Source: Candidatus Latescibacterota bacterium
Lineage (GTDB): Bacteria > Latescibacterota > UBA2968 > GCA-2709665
DNA: 64,000 nt
Direction: 5' to 3'
Assembly (NCBI GenBank): GCA_965219455.1
Contig: OZ244744.1
Location: 2,720,001 to 2,784,000 of the forward strand
Shown: one piece after another, positions 17,713-29,408 of the stretch
How positions within the stretch are numbered: position 1 is the stretch's first letter
Layout of the letters: every line of letters begins with the position of its first letter
Position numbers and translations under genes: made by a program
Notes under the pieces: generated by a model
Told to the model about the DNA's origin: nothing
The model's input: only the letters and a program-made list of their open reading frames with translations
Databases searched by the model: none

Positions 17713-17867
17713 AGCCACGTGCGCGAAGCGTTGAAAACGAAGGATCAGCGCTGCCGCCATACCGCCGATGCGCTCCAACACGGGGCGGGCCGCAAAACGC
17801 AACCCTCATCGGCCTCGTTCCTGTCTCTCAGTCCCGATCCCATATCTCTTCCGGAGTTCAAAACCAC

Positions 17868-18605
17868 ATGACAGGCACCGACGTCAAAACCGCCATTATC
17901 ACGGGTGCAGGCACGGGCATCGGCCGCGCCATCGCCGTCGCTTTTTCCAATGCAGGTATGAATTGCGTCCTTGCCGGACGCCGCGCCGAAGCCCTGGAAG
18001 AAACCGCAGAATCAGCGCGCAATCCCCGGACAGGGACGCTGAGTGTGCCGGCCGACGTCACCTGCCGGGAGTCCGTCAAGATGCTTTCAGATTGTACCAT
18101 CGAGCATTTCGGGCGGATCGACATCCTGGTGAACAACGCCGGCATCAACACCCTGAAGCGCGGCCTTAGAGATATATCCGACGAGGACTGGGATCGCGTG
18201 GTTGATATCAATCTGACCGGCGCATTCAACGCATTTCGGGCCGTCATGCCGCACATGGAGACACAGGGCGACGGCCTGGTTATCAATATCTCCTCAATGG
18301 CCGGCAAACGGTCCGGCATGGTCGCAGGGGCGGCTTACTGCGCATCCAAATTCGGAATGGCCGCCCTGAACCAGTCCATCAACGCCGAGTTTCGCGAGAC
18401 CGGTATCCGGGCGTGTTGCATCTTTCCCGGCGAGGTCGATACGCCCATCCTGGATCTTCGCCCCAACCCTGTCTCCGACGAAAAACGAGCCGCCGCGCTC
18501 CCGCCGGAAGACATTGCCGCCGCCGCGCTGATGGTCGCGCAGCTACCCGGCCGGGCGATCGTTGAAGAAATCACCATCTTCCCAAGACGGGTTGTCGCAA
18601 AGTAG
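17868..18605 (+). CDS. SDR family oxidoreductase
   Basis: TGAGTGIG, NNAG, YCASK. Confidence 0.92.
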   Translation: MTGTDVKTAIITGAGTGIGRAIAVAFSNAGMNCVLAGRRAEALEETAESARNPRTGTLSVPADVTCRESVKMLSDCTIEHFGRIDILVNNAGINTLKRGLRDISDEDWDRVVDINLTGAFNAFRAVMPHMETQGDGLVINISSMAGKRSGMVAGAAYCASKFGMAALNQSINAEFRETGIRACCIFPGEVDTPILDLRPNPVSDEKRAAALPPEDIAAAALMVAQLPGRAIVEEITIFPRRVVAK

Positions 18606-18670
18606 GGTTTCCTATCCGCAGATCGAACGACCTGCCCGGGCATTCATGCTGTCGCGTCGGAATAATCTCC

Positions 18671-18708
18671 TTGTCTATGGTTCGGATTTTTGTTACATTT
18701 TTGTAACA
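18671..18708 (+). promoter_or_regulatory. Promoter with overlapping palindrome upstream of rne/rng
   Basis: TTGTCT-17 nt-TACATT with extended TG; TGTTACA-N4-TGTAACA at 18691-18708. Confidence 0.45.
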
Positions 18709-18747
18709 TATAATAATACCAGATGTTTATTTGTGAAGAAGGGTTAG

Positions 18748-20295
18748 GTGCGAGTGAAGAACGAAATCGTAATCAATGTAGGGTCCCACGAATCTCGAAT
18801 TGCTGTGCTGGAAGATGGAAAGCTGGTTGAAATTCTCGTAGAATGCGCCGAGAACGAGCGCATGGTCGGCGATATCTACAAAGGATCCGTTTCCGCTGTG
18901 CTCCCCGGAATGCAGGCCGCCTTCGTGGATATCGGCCTTGAGAAAAGCGCTTTTCTTCATGCCTCCGATATGCCCGGTTCGCCCGGGTCGATGGTGGGGC
19001 TGGATGAAGACATCCTCGAGGAAATCGACGCGCGAACCCGCGTAAACGGCAAATCGGTCATTCCCATACAAGAACTCATCCGGAAGGGCCAGGAGGTTCT
19101 TGTTCAGGTCAAGAAAGAACCCATCGGCACGAAAGGGCCCCGGGTTACGGCGGTGCCCTCACTGCCCGGGCGGTTTATGGTGCTGGTGCCCAACGGGGAG
19201 AAGGTGGGCGTTTCCCGGAAGATCACCAACGTATCCGAAAAACGAAGGCTGAAGGAACTCGGCCACGACATACGCCCCGCCGGTTTTGGCATTATCGTAC
19301 GGACCGAAGCCTCAGGCAAGGGCGACCGGGAGATGATGCGAGACCTGAAGCAATTGATGAATGTCTGGTCGCGCATCCAGAAGCAGTACCGTGACGCCGA
19401 CGCGGAAAGCATTCTGCATAAAGAAATGGGTATGACGTCGAGTCTGATCCGCGACCTGTTTACCGACGACGTCGACCGCCTGGTGGTCGACACAAAACAG
19501 GAATACAAGAAGATACTGGCTTATCTCAAATCCACTTCGCCGCACCTCCGCGGCCGGGTGGAATACCACAGAGACAGCACGCCCATCTTCGACGCCTTCG
19601 GTATCGAAAATGAAATCGAGAAATGCTCGGACCGCAAGGTCTGGCTGAAGGGCGGCGGTTACCTGGTTCTGGACCACACCGAGGCTTTATTTGCCATCGA
19701 CGTGAACAGCGGGCGCTTCGTAGGCCGGTCGAACCAGGAAGAAAACGTCTTGAAAATCAACCTCGAGGCCGCCGGTGAAATTCCGCGCCAGCTTCGCCTG
19801 CGCGACATCGGCGGCATCATCGTGATCGATTTCATCGACATGGCCATCGCCCAGAACCGCAGAAAGGTGGAGTCCGAATTCCGGCAGGCCGTCCGGCGGG
19901 ACCGGTCCAAGCCCCGCTTTTCGGAGATCAGCGAGTTCGGCCTTATGGAAATGACCCGGCAGAGGGTACGCCCGAGCCTTATGTTCATGTTCAGCGAATC
20001 CTGTCCCAACTGCCACGGCAGCGGGCGCGTGCCCAGCCGGGAGTCCACCGTTGCCCGCATCGAGCGGTGGCTCAAGCGGTCCCGGGCCGCCTCGGTTGAA
20101 CGCAGGCTTACCGTGCACGTCAACCCTACGGTGGGAGATTTCATCCTGGAAAACCGTCGCGAACGCCTGAAGAGGCTGCGTCGGTCCACCCGGGTCTGGC
20201 TGAACGTGGAGAATGACCCCGACCTGCGCGTTGACGCCTACCGGATGTATTCCCGGAAACGAGACCTGGACATTACGGACAAATTTAAAACTTGA
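18748..20295 (+). CDS. Rne/Rng family ribonuclease
   Basis: GDIYKG, LPGMQAAFVDIG, KEPIGTKGP, IDVNSG, RLRDIGGIIVIDFIDM, CPNCHG. Confidence 0.95.
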   Translation: MRVKNEIVINVGSHESRIAVLEDGKLVEILVECAENERMVGDIYKGSVSAVLPGMQAAFVDIGLEKSAFLHASDMPGSPGSMVGLDEDILEEIDARTRVNGKSVIPIQELIRKGQEVLVQVKKEPIGTKGPRVTAVPSLPGRFMVLVPNGEKVGVSRKITNVSEKRRLKELGHDIRPAGFGIIVRTEASGKGDREMMRDLKQLMNVWSRIQKQYRDADAESILHKEMGMTSSLIRDLFTDDVDRLVVDTKQEYKKILAYLKSTSPHLRGRVEYHRDSTPIFDAFGIENEIEKCSDRKVWLKGGGYLVLDHTEALFAIDVNSGRFVGRSNQEENVLKINLEAAGEIPRQLRLRDIGGIIVIDFIDMAIAQNRRKVESEFRQAVRRDRSKPRFSEISEFGLMEMTRQRVRPSLMFMFSESCPNCHGSGRVPSRESTVARIERWLKRSRAASVERRLTVHVNPTVGDFILENRRERLKRLRRSTRVWLNVENDPDLRVDAYRMYSRKRDLDITDKFKT

Positions 20296-20320
20296 CAAAC
20301 CCCCCCGTCTTTGTTACCGT
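20292..20320 (+). promoter_or_regulatory. Promoter of rplU-rpmA
   Basis: TTGACA-17 nt-TACCGT with extended TG. Confidence 0.5.
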
Positions 20321-20382
20321 TTTCGGCCCGTTACGCGGTTGAAACGGCCGGTTGCGCCAAATTGTATTCTGGAGGTTTTTTC

Positions 20383-20694
20383 ATGTACGCCGTTGTAGTA
20401 ATCGCCGGTCAACAGTTCAAAGTTCAGGAAGGAGACCGCATCCGGGTCTCCCGGCTGAAGGCAAAAGCCGGAGAGTCACTCACCCTGGATCGGGTTCTGC
20501 TGGTATCGAAAGACGACGAGACCAGCATCGGCCGGCCGCAGGTTGACGGGGCCGCCGTGGAGGCCAGTGTCCTGGAGCACGGAAAGCACGACAAGATCAC
20601 GATCTTCAAAATGAAACGTCGAAAGGGCTACCGGCGGAAAAACGGCCATCGGCAGCCCTATACGGAACTCCGGATCGACGGCATTTCAGCATAA
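20383..20694 (+). CDS. rplU: 50S ribosomal protein L21
   Basis: MYAVV..AGQQFKV, FKMKRRKGYRRKNGHRQPYT; GGAGG RBS. Confidence 0.97.
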   Translation: MYAVVVIAGQQFKVQEGDRIRVSRLKAKAGESLTLDRVLLVSKDDETSIGRPQVDGAAVEASVLEHGKHDKITIFKMKRRKGYRRKNGHRQPYTELRIDGISA

Positions 20695-20766
20695 GCCCGC
20701 TCCTGTTTTTCGCCCGGTCTCAGGAAATCCGAAATCCGGCGGAGACAGGGGGAGGAGGTCAACGGT

Positions 20767-21027
20767 ATGGCCCACAAAAAAGGGGTCGGAAGCTCCCGGA
20801 ACGGCCGCGACAGCCGGGGACGGCGCCTGGGCGTCAAAGTCTTCGGCGGTCAGTTTGTCACCGCGGGCAGCATCATTGTCCGGCAGCGCGGCACCCGGAT
20901 CCATCCCGGAGACGAGGTGAGGCGCGGCAAAGACGATTCGCTTTTTGCGCTGGTCGACGGCGTTGTGACCTTCCAGAACCTGAACAAACGCCGTAAAAAG
21001 GTCAGCGTTTACCCCAAGGCGGAGTAG
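20767..21027 (+). CDS. rpmA: 50S ribosomal protein L27
   Basis: [24 protein letters not shown]. Confidence 0.98.
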   Translation: MAHKKGVGSSRNGRDSRGRRLGVKVFGGQFVTAGSIIVRQRGTRIHPGDEVRRGKDDSLFALVDGVVTFQNLNKRRKKVSVYPKAE

Positions 21028-21034
21028 CCCCGCA

Positions 21035-21958
21035 TTGAAGATCGCAGTGGTTGGCGCCGGCAACGTGGGAGCGACCGCCGCTCAGCATATTGCGGAACGG
21101 GAACTCGCCCGCGAACTGATCCTGCTGGACGTCGCCGAGGGCATTCCACAGGGCAAAGCCCTGGACCTGGCCGAGGCGTCGCCGGTTGACCGATTCGATA
21201 CCCGCATTGCGGGTACGAGCGACTCCGGCAGCCTGTCCGGATCCGACGTCGTCGTCATCACCGCCGGTCTGGCGCGCAAGCCCGGCATGACCCGGGACGA
21301 CCTGCTGTCCACAAACGCGGACATCGTCGGCTCGGTTTGCGCTCACGTCAAAGAAATAGCGCCTGATGCCATTGTTATCGTCGTAACGAATCCCCTCGAC
21401 GCAATGGCTTACGTGGCGCTGAAAGTTACGGAGTTTTCGCCCGCACGTGTCGTTGGCATGGCGGGCATTTTGGATTCCGCGCGTTTTCGTTACTTCATCG
21501 CGAGTGAACTGGACGTTTCCGTGGAAGACGTTACCGCCTTCGTTCTGGGCGGCCACGGCGATTCCATGCTGCCCCTGCCCCGTTACTCATCCGTCGCCGG
21601 CATTCCGATCTCAGAACTGCTCGATCAGGCCGCCATCGAGCGGCTGGTTGAACGCACCCGGAATGGCGGCGCCGAGATTGTCGGACACCTCAAAACGGGC
21701 AGCGCCTATTATGCGCCTGCTTCCGCCATTGCCGAAATGGTTACGGCCATTGTGCGGGATAAAAAACGCATCCTTCCATGCGCTGCATGGCTTACCGGCC
21801 AATACGGCATCCAGGACCTGTTCATGGGTGTGCCGGTGAAGCTGGGTGCTTCCGGCGTGGAGGAAATCATCGAAATCGGCCTTACGCCGGAAGAACAGAA
21901 TGCGTTCCAGGCATCCGCCGAGGCCGTTCGATCAAGCGTTCGGAAACTGAAATTCTGA
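21035..21958 (+). CDS. mdh: Malate dehydrogenase (LDH-like)
   Basis: [34 protein letters not shown]. Confidence 0.95.
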   Translation: MKIAVVGAGNVGATAAQHIAERELARELILLDVAEGIPQGKALDLAEASPVDRFDTRIAGTSDSGSLSGSDVVVITAGLARKPGMTRDDLLSTNADIVGSVCAHVKEIAPDAIVIVVTNPLDAMAYVALKVTEFSPARVVGMAGILDSARFRYFIASELDVSVEDVTAFVLGGHGDSMLPLPRYSSVAGIPISELLDQAAIERLVERTRNGGAEIVGHLKTGSAYYAPASAIAEMVTAIVRDKKRILPCAAWLTGQYGIQDLFMGVPVKLGASGVEEIIEIGLTPEEQNAFQASAEAVRSSVRKLKF

Positions 21959-22000
21959 GAACAGGCTTCGATTCACTCTACATCCCGAAATTTCGCACGG

Positions 22001-22029
22001 CCGGGGTCCGAAGGACCCGGTCTTTTTTT
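22001..22029 (+). terminator. Rho-independent terminator
   Basis: CCGGGGTCC-GAA-GGACCCGG followed by a T tract. Confidence 0.7.
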
Positions 22030-22094
22030 GGGGTTTTGAAAGAGACGCCCGGCCGGAAACCTGCGCTTCTCCGCGGCCGGTTGTAAGCCGGGAA

Positions 22095-24794
22095 TCAGGC
22101 TTCTTTCAGATAGTTTCTCAGTACCGAGTGCAGAATGCCTCCGTTCCGATAGTAGTCAATTTCCACGGGCGTATCGATGCGGACCGTTGCGGTAAACGTC
22201 GTTACGGTTCCATCCGGGGCGGTCGCCGTGACCGTTGCGTCCTGAAGCGGGCGCAGATCGTCGCCGATGCCGGTGGTATCGAAGACCTCTCGTCCCGTGA
22301 GTCCCAGAGAAGCCGCGGTTTCGCCCTGTTTGAACTGCAGCGGCAGCACGCCCATACCCACCAGATTGCTGCGATGGATCCGTTCGTAACTCTCCGCGAT
22401 CACGGCCCGAACCCCCTGCAGCGCCGGCCCTTTGGCCGCCCAGTCCCGCGATGACCCCGTACCGTATTCCTTGCCGGCCAGGACGATCAGCGGTACGCCC
22501 TCCCCTGTGTATCGTATCGCCGCATCGTAGATTTCCATCTGCTCGCCGCCCGGCAGATGAACGGTGACGCCGCCCTCCGTCCCCGGCGCCAGCAGATTTA
22601 GGATGCGGATATTCGCAAACGTGCCGCGCACCATTACTTCGTGATTGCCCCGTCGGGATCCGTACGAATTGAAATCCTTGGGCGCCACGCCGCTTTCAAT
22701 CAGATACCGTCCCGCCGGGCTGTCCACGGCGATACTGCCTGCCGGCGAAATGTGGTCGGTTGTCACGGAATCTCCCAACATCACAAGCACCCGGGCGCCG
22801 CGAATTTCCCGGATCGGCGCCGGTTCTTCCGAGAGATCCTGGAAGAACGGCGGCTCCTGCACGTAGGTGCTGTCCGCATTCCAGGAATACAGCGCCGTTT
22901 CCTGCCCGGCAATGGCGTTCCAGGTCTCATTGCCGTCGTATACGTTGCTGTACTGCGTTTCGAACATCTCGGGTCTCAGAGCCTGTGCGATGGTATCGGC
23001 GATTTCATCCTGGGTGGGCCAGAGGTCCCTCAGGGTTACCGGATTTCCATCGGCATCCTCGCCCAGCGGCTCTTTCGCCAGGTCCACGTCAACCGTGCCC
23101 GCCAGGGCGTAGGCGACCACCAGGGGAGGAGACGCAAGGTAATTCGCCTTTACGTGCGGGTTCACCCGGCCCTCGAAATTCCGGTTGCCAGACAGGACCG
23201 ATGCCGCCACCAGGTCGCCTTCGTCGATAGCGGCCACCACCGGCTCCGGCAGCGGACCGCTGTTGCCGATGCAGGTCGTGCACCCGTATCCGACCGTGTG
23301 AAATCCAAGTCGTTCCAGGTAGGGCGTCAACCCGGCCGCGTTCAGGTAGTCCGTGACCACACGCGACCCCGGCGCCAGGCTTGTTTTCACGTGGGAGGGC
23401 ACCGTCAGCCCCCGTTCCACCGCCTTCCTGGCCAGGAGCCCCGCGCCCACCATCACGGAGGGATTGCTCGTGTTCGTACAACTCGTAATCGCCGCGATCA
23501 CCACCGCGCCGTGTCCAATCTGAGACCGGCCGTTGGCCGCCACGGTCAATTTTTTCCCGCGAACCGCGTCATCCACTCCAAAACCGCTGTGACCGACGGG
23601 TGATGTCAACGCCTGCTCAAAACCCTGCTTCATGGCGTCCAGCGGCACGCGGTCCTGTGGCCGCTTCGGCCCGGCCAGACTCGGTTCCACGGCGCCCAGG
23701 TCCATTTCGAGCGTTTCCGTAAACGCGGGTTCCGGCGTTTCGTCCGTACGGTACAGACCCTGCGCCCGGGTGTACCGGTCCACCAGGTCGATCTCGTCCG
23801 CCGACCTCGCGGTGCGCTCCAGGTAACGCAACGTCTCCGCGTCTACAGGAAAGAACCCCACGGTAGCGCCGTATTCCGGCGCCATATTCGCGATGGTTGC
23901 GCGGTCGGCAAGGCTGATGCTCGACAGCCCCGTGCCGTAGAACTCCACGAACTTGCCGACCACCCCTTTTGCGCGCAACATCTGCGTAACGGTCAAGGCC
24001 AGATCCGTAGCGGTCGCTCCGTCGGGAAGGCTGCCGTGCAGCTTGAAGCCCACCACCTCGGGCGTGGCCATATAGATTGGCTGCCCCAGCATGACCGCCT
24101 CGGCCTCGATCCCGCCGACGCCCCAACCCAGCACGCCCAGGCCGTTGATCATTGTGGTATGGGAATCCGTTCCCACCAGGCTGTCCGGAAACGCCACGCC
24201 TCGCTGGCGCACAACGCCCTTCGCCAGGTATTCCAGGTTCACCTGGTGCACGATTCCCGTGGCAGGCGGAACCACCTGAAATTTCTCGAACGCGTTTGCC
24301 CCCCACCTCAGGAATTCGTACCGCTCCCGGTTTCGTTCAAATTCGATCTCCGCGTTGATACGCAGCGCGTCATGGCGGGCGAACCGGTCGACCTGCACGG
24401 AATGGTCGATTACCAGGTCGGCAGGAATCCGCGGCTCGATCCGCCGCGGATCCTTGCCCATCCGGGCCATGGCGGAACGGAGCGCGGCCAGGTCGACAAG
24501 GGAGGGCACGCCGGTGAAATCCTGCAATACCACCCGCGCCGGCATGAAAGGGACTTCCGCCCGGGTCGGCGTCGCCGCATTCCATCCGGCCAGCCCCGCC
24601 GCATCGTCTTCGGTTACCAGATAGCCGTCCAGATTCCGCAGCGCGGCTTCCAGCAGCACCTTTATGGTGAAGGGCAATCGAGAAATTGCGCCGACGCCGG
24701 CCGCTTCCAATCGATCCAGGCGATAGATGTGCACCTCGCCGCCGGCCGTGGACAACCTGTCGCGCAGTCCGAAGGGATCCTTAACGTTGCTCAT
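22095..24794 (-). CDS. acnA: Aconitate hydratase A
   Basis: [51 protein letters not shown]. Confidence 0.97.
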   Translation of the reverse strand: MSNVKDPFGLRDRLSTAGGEVHIYRLDRLEAAGVGAISRLPFTIKVLLEAALRNLDGYLVTEDDAAGLAGWNAATPTRAEVPFMPARVVLQDFTGVPSLVDLAALRSAMARMGKDPRRIEPRIPADLVIDHSVQVDRFARHDALRINAEIEFERNRERYEFLRWGANAFEKFQVVPPATGIVHQVNLEYLAKGVVRQRGVAFPDSLVGTDSHTTMINGLGVLGWGVGGIEAEAVMLGQPIYMATPEVVGFKLHGSLPDGATATDLALTVTQMLRAKGVVGKFVEFYGTGLSSISLADRATIANMAPEYGATVGFFPVDAETLRYLERTARSADEIDLVDRYTRAQGLYRTDETPEPAFTETLEMDLGAVEPSLAGPKRPQDRVPLDAMKQGFEQALTSPVGHSGFGVDDAVRGKKLTVAANGRSQIGHGAVVIAAITSCTNTSNPSVMVGAGLLARKAVERGLTVPSHVKTSLAPGSRVVTDYLNAAGLTPYLERLGFHTVGYGCTTCIGNSGPLPEPVVAAIDEGDLVAASVLSGNRNFEGRVNPHVKANYLASPPLVVAYALAGTVDVDLAKEPLGEDADGNPVTLRDLWPTQDEIADTIAQALRPEMFETQYSNVYDGNETWNAIAGQETALYSWNADSTYVQEPPFFQDLSEEPAPIREIRGARVLVMLGDSVTTDHISPAGSIAVDSPAGRYLIESGVAPKDFNSYGSRRGNHEVMVRGTFANIRILNLLAPGTEGGVTVHLPGGEQMEIYDAAIRYTGEGVPLIVLAGKEYGTGSSRDWAAKGPALQGVRAVIAESYERIHRSNLVGMGVLPLQFKQGETAASLGLTGREVFDTTGIGDDLRPLQDATVTATAPDGTVTTFTATVRIDTPVEIDYYRNGGILHSVLRNYLKEA

Positions 24795-24909
24795 AACGAA
24801 AATCCTCAAAAAACAGTAAAAAGGGAGACGTAAGACGTGAGAAGGCCACCCTCCGCCCCCCGGACATCGATACGGCATTGTGATATCAATTCGCGGATGT
24901 CCGATTTTT

Positions 24910-25036
24910 GTAGGGGCGGTTCGCGAACCGCCCGCCTGTCAGCCAAACCCGGTTACCGATACGGCCCGGTGAAATCAATTAACAGATGGCGACGCCGACG
25001 TTGCATTCGCAGGGGCGACCGGCCGGTCGCCCCTGC
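24910..25036. repeat. Two GTAG-type REP-like palindromes
   Basis: GTAGGGGCGGTTCGCGAACCGCCC (24910-24933) and perfect 28-bp GCAGGGGCGACCGGCCGGTCGCCCCTGC (25009-25036). Confidence 0.7.
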
Positions 25037-25320
25037 ATATACCGTGCGTCCGGTCTAATCGAATCAAAGGGCTACTTACGCAAGATATAATATTTCCTTA
25101 ACTTCGCAAGGCCGGAATCCATTGCCCTATCACAGAATCAAGTCACCATTCCCTACTTTTGCGACCAGCGGGTTACCACTTTACATCCGGATCAAATTTA
25201 GCTAAATTCAATACAATACAAAAGCGAATCGTTGTTATAGATTATATTCCTAAATGGAATAGGTTTTAGCGGTCGGGCCGGATGTCGCGGGAGGATCCCC
25301 CATACTGAGGACGTCGTGTT

Positions 25321-26208
25321 ATGATCGAAAATATAGAAACCCTGGCCGCGCTTTCCGAAGCCGGCACCATGACAAAGGCGGGCACACGCCTGCGTATCTC
25401 CCAGTCGGCCGTAAGCAAACGCATCGACGCACTCGAGAATGCGCTGGGGCGGACACTCGTCGAACCCGTTGGCAGGCGTGTCCGGCTCACCGCCGCGGGC
25501 ATCCAACTGCTGGAAAAAACCGCGCCGTTCATGGCCGCTTTACGGGAGGCCGTGGCGGACGAGTCCCCCGTTCAGGGCAGCCGCCTCGTGATCGGTATCT
25601 CCGAATCCATTTTGTCCTCCTGGGGTTCGCGCGTCCTGGCCGACGTTGTTCAGGCCATCCCGCAGCTTGAACTCGTCATCAATGCCCACAGAAGCCCGGT
25701 CGCCATTGACAATGTCCGCTCGGGCGAATACATGCTCGCGCTGTGCGCGGACCTGGGGGAATACAGCGCCGACGTGACGTCGGAGCCCCTCGTTGACGAG
25801 CCAATGGTCCTGGTGCCCTCCGGTCTGAAGCCGTTTCGACTGCGCCCCGATACAACGCTTCCCGTCATCACCATCGAACCCCATGCCGCGACCTGGCGTC
25901 ACCTGGAACAGCGGATCAGGGCCCTCTCAGGGAAATGGAACATACATATCGAAACCGTACAGACCCTTCAGTCCTTTGCGGGCATCGCCCAGATGGCCCG
26001 GTGCGGATTCGGCCACGGGCTGGTGCCGCTGGGTATCGCCAGGGCGCTGGGCATTCCCGAACGGGGGCTTATTCGTTTCCCCGATCCCGGGCTCTCACGA
26101 CCGATCGCGCTTGTAGGCCGCAGCACCGCTTTCGCCCGTCCCATCGTAAGATCTTTCCACCGGATGCTCAGGAAAACCATACCCTCGAACCTTTGCGGCC
26201 GGGGCTGA
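25321..26208 (+). CDS. LysR family transcriptional regulator
   Basis: HTH TMTKAGTRLRISQSAVSKRIDALE, LTAAG; T-N11-A palindrome ATTCC-N5-GGAAT at 25246-25260. Confidence 0.92.
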   Translation: MIENIETLAALSEAGTMTKAGTRLRISQSAVSKRIDALENALGRTLVEPVGRRVRLTAAGIQLLEKTAPFMAALREAVADESPVQGSRLVIGISESILSSWGSRVLADVVQAIPQLELVINAHRSPVAIDNVRSGEYMLALCADLGEYSADVTSEPLVDEPMVLVPSGLKPFRLRPDTTLPVITIEPHAATWRHLEQRIRALSGKWNIHIETVQTLQSFAGIAQMARCGFGHGLVPLGIARALGIPERGLIRFPDPGLSRPIALVGRSTAFARPIVRSFHRMLRKTIPSNLCGRG

Positions 26209-26263
26209 TTCTATTCCCGTTTCAACTTGCCTTTCTTACGCCAAACCCGTATTTTCCGACTCC

Positions 26264-27841
26264 GTGATGACCTGTCCAGAACGACGTTTTGTCGCCCTGA
26301 TCATTCTCGACGGTTGGGGCCTGGCTTCCAATGAGGACCACAACGCGGTCGCGCTGGCCGATACACCCGCGATGGACCGGATCGGCGCGACGTTCCCGTC
26401 CACGACCCTCCAGACCTGCGGGGGCAGCGTGGGCCTGCCCGATGGATTGTTCGGCAACTCCGAAGTCGGGCATCTCAACCTTGGCGCGGGACGTGTGGTC
26501 ATGCAGGCCGTCACCCGGATCGACGACAGGGTGAAGGACGGCGGCTTTCCGCGGAACGAAGCGTTGATCGCATCGATGGACCGGGTCGCCGGTACGAACC
26601 GGCGCCTTCACCTGATCGGGCTGGTGTCCGACGGCGGGGTACATTCCTGGCCCAACCACTACAGCGGTCTGCTCAAAATGGCCGCCGGCCGCAGGTTGAG
26701 ACCGGATCAGGTTTACATCCACGCGTGGCTCGACGGGCGTGACACGCCGCCCAGAAGCGGTATCCGTCATCTGGCAGCCCTGCGGGAGATGTGCGCGTCG
26801 GCCGGAGTGGGTAAAATCGCCACCGTTTGCGGCCGCTACTTCGCCATGGACAGGGACCGGCGCTGGGACCGCGTGCGCGTGGCATACGACGCCATGATAC
26901 TCGGCGAGGGCATACGCGCAGAGGATCCGCTCGAGGCCCTGCGGGACGCCTACGATCGAAACGAGACCGACGAGTTTGTAAAGCCGATCGTCATCGCCGG
27001 CTCCAATGCGGACCCGTTGGCGACCGTCGGGAACGACGACTCCGTGCTTTGTTTCAATTTTCGCAGCGACCGGGGCAGGCAGATCACCCGCGCCTTCGTG
27101 CTGCCGGGCTTCGACGGCTTTGAGCGGACAATCCACCCCAGGGTTCACTATACATGTCTCACGCGTTACGAAGCCGGCCTGCCCGTGGACGCGGTCGCGT
27201 TTTCGCCCGAAGATCTGGCCCAGGAGTTGCCGGACGTGTGCGGGAAGACGTTGAGCGAGGCCGGGCTCCGGCAGCTACGCATTGCCGAAACGGAGAAATA
27301 CGCGCACGTCACCTATTTCTTCAACGGCCAGCGGGAGGAACCCTTTGAAGGCGAAGCGCGCATTCTGGTCCCTTCTCCCAGGGACGTGCCCACGTACGAT
27401 CACAAGCCCGAAATGAGCGCGCGGGCCATCGCACGAAAATTCGTCGATGCGATCCGCTCGCGGAGCTTCGACACCGCCATCTGTAATTTCGCAAACCCCG
27501 ATATGGTCGGCCACACCGGTGTGCTCGACGCGGCCGTCAAAGCCGTGGCGACGGTCGACAAGTGTCTGGAGCAGGTTCTGGCGGCCATCGGCGACGTCGG
27601 CGGCGCCGCCATCGTCACCGCGGACCACGGCAACGCCGAACAGATGATTCACCACGGTACCCGCGAACCCCGCACCGCCCATACGGCCAATCCCGTGCCC
27701 CTGATTCTTGTCGATCCGGCGTTCCGCGGCAGGCTCAGAAAGGGCGGCAGCCTCTGCGACGTGGCGCCCACGTTTCTGGGCATGCTCGGCCTCCACAAAC
27801 CGGAAGCCATGACGGGAGAAGACCTCAGAGTGATGAACTGA
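26264..27841 (+). CDS. gpmI: 2,3-bisphosphoglycerate-independent phosphoglycerate mutase
   Basis: [52 protein letters not shown]. Confidence 0.97.
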   Translation: MMTCPERRFVALIILDGWGLASNEDHNAVALADTPAMDRIGATFPSTTLQTCGGSVGLPDGLFGNSEVGHLNLGAGRVVMQAVTRIDDRVKDGGFPRNEALIASMDRVAGTNRRLHLIGLVSDGGVHSWPNHYSGLLKMAAGRRLRPDQVYIHAWLDGRDTPPRSGIRHLAALREMCASAGVGKIATVCGRYFAMDRDRRWDRVRVAYDAMILGEGIRAEDPLEALRDAYDRNETDEFVKPIVIAGSNADPLATVGNDDSVLCFNFRSDRGRQITRAFVLPGFDGFERTIHPRVHYTCLTRYEAGLPVDAVAFSPEDLAQELPDVCGKTLSEAGLRQLRIAETEKYAHVTYFFNGQREEPFEGEARILVPSPRDVPTYDHKPEMSARAIARKFVDAIRSRSFDTAICNFANPDMVGHTGVLDAAVKAVATVDKCLEQVLAAIGDVGGAAIVTADHGNAEQMIHHGTREPRTAHTANPVPLILVDPAFRGRLRKGGSLCDVAPTFLGMLGLHKPEAMTGEDLRVMN

Positions 27842-27875
27842 AACCCGCTCCGCGACGCTCCCACGAGGAGACCCC

Positions 27876-29045
27876 ATGAAAATCCACGAATACCAGGCCA
27901 AAGAAATCCTCAAGTCGTATGACGTTCCCGTACCCGACGGACGTCTGGCCACAACGGCAGACGAGGCCAGAAGCGCGGCGGCCGAACTCGGCGGCGCCGT
28001 CGTCGTCAAGGCCCAGGTCCACGCCGGCGGCCGGGGCAAGGGCGGCGGGATCAAACTCGCCAGGGATCCGGACGAGGCCTACGGATATGCCGGGGACATG
28101 ATCGGACGGAAACTCGTCACCCCTCAGACCGGTCCTGAGGGGCAGAACGTCAAACAGGTGTGGATCGAAAACGCCACCGATATCGCCCGCGAACTCTACC
28201 TGGGCGTGGTCCTGGACCGGGATCGGTCCAGGCTGGTCATCATGGCTTCCAGCGAGGGTGGGATGGACATCGAAGAAGTGGCCGCCGAAACGCCCGAAAA
28301 AATCCTGAGGGAAACCGTCGACCCGGCGGTCGGGCTTCAGCCCTTCCAGGCACGCCGGCTGGCATTCGGCCTCGGCCTGGAATCCGGAGCGTACAAACAG
28401 GGGGTGCGGTTCATCGACCGGCTCTACGCAGCCTACGTGGGCACCGACTGTTCCCTGGCCGAAATCAACCCCCTTGTGGTCACCGCCGACGACAACCTCG
28501 TGGCCCTGGACGCCAAAATGAATTTCGACGACAACGCGCTCTTCCGCCACGGAGACATCCGGGAACGGCGCGACACCGACGAGGAAGACCCTCTGGAAGT
28601 GGATGCCTCCAAATTCGACCTCAACTACATCAAACTCGACGGCGAGGTCGGCTGCATGGTCAACGGCGCCGGTCTGGCCATGGCCACCATGGATATTGTG
28701 AAACATGCGGGATCGTCCCCCGCGAATTTCCTGGACGTAGGTGGGGGCGCCAACGTGGAACGGGTTGAGAACGCCTTCCGTATCCTTCTGTCCGACGCCG
28801 GCGTCAAGGCCGTGCTCATCAACATTTTCGGTGGTATCGTGCGTTGCGACCGGGTCGCCGAGGGTGTCGTCCAGGCGCTCGAGAAGTTTTCCGTAGACCT
28901 GCCGATCGTGGTACGCCTGCAGGGTACAAACGCCGAAGAGGGCGCGCGGATTCTGGAGAACTCGGATCTGAAATTCACGGTAGCCCGCGAGTTGAAAGAG
29001 GCGGCGGAAGCGGTTGTGGCAGCGGTTCGCGGCGATAGCCGATAG
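27876..29045 (+). CDS. sucC: Succinyl-CoA synthetase beta subunit
   Basis: [44 protein letters not shown]. Confidence 0.97.
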   Translation: MKIHEYQAKEILKSYDVPVPDGRLATTADEARSAAAELGGAVVVKAQVHAGGRGKGGGIKLARDPDEAYGYAGDMIGRKLVTPQTGPEGQNVKQVWIENATDIARELYLGVVLDRDRSRLVIMASSEGGMDIEEVAAETPEKILRETVDPAVGLQPFQARRLAFGLGLESGAYKQGVRFIDRLYAAYVGTDCSLAEINPLVVTADDNLVALDAKMNFDDNALFRHGDIRERRDTDEEDPLEVDASKFDLNYIKLDGEVGCMVNGAGLAMATMDIVKHAGSSPANFLDVGGGANVERVENAFRILLSDAGVKAVLINIFGGIVRCDRVAEGVVQALEKFSVDLPIVVRLQGTNAEEGARILENSDLKFTVARELKEAAEAVVAAVRGDSR

Positions 29046-29085
29046 TGTGCAGTAGCGACTGACAGTGCCCCACCCCCTTTAACGT

Positions 29086-29212
29086 CCCCTATTCCCTCGG
29101 GAGAGGGGGTTGGGGGGAGAGGTCCTCCCCCTTTCCTTTAGGAGAGGGGGCCGGGGGGAGAGGTCCCGCGCCGTCGCTGTTGAATTTGTAGGGGCAACCC
29201 TTGTGGTTGCCC
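29086..29212. repeat. Tandem GGAGAGGGGG...GGGGGGAGAGGTCC repeats plus a GTAG REP
   Basis: Two units of GGAGAGGGGGyyGGGGGGAGAGGTCC; GTAGGGGCAACCCTTGTGGTTGCCC at 29188-29212. Confidence 0.65.
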
Positions 29213-29243
29213 ACGGGGCGGTACGGATATCGGCCGTACACAA

Positions 29244-29275
29244 GGATGGCTGCAAAGAATGCAGCCATCCCTTTT
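29244..29275 (+). terminator. Probable terminator after sucC
   Basis: GGATGGCTGCA-AAGAA-TGCAGCCATCC then CTTTT. Confidence 0.55.
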
Positions 29276-29392
29276 GGCATATGACACAATAGCATATTTA
29301 TGCAGATATGACAGTATCTTAGTAGATCGAGGATGGATGTCGTATTCGATATCTACTTATATTCCATATATTTAAGTAAATTTCTAACGCCT

Positions 29393-29408
29393 TGGTACTC
29401 TTGTTGCT
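29393..29408 (+). promoter_or_regulatory. Sigma-54 (-24/-12) promoter candidate
   Basis: TGGTAC-TCTTG-TTGCT with exact GG-N10-GC spacing and an AT-rich upstream tract. Confidence 0.6.
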
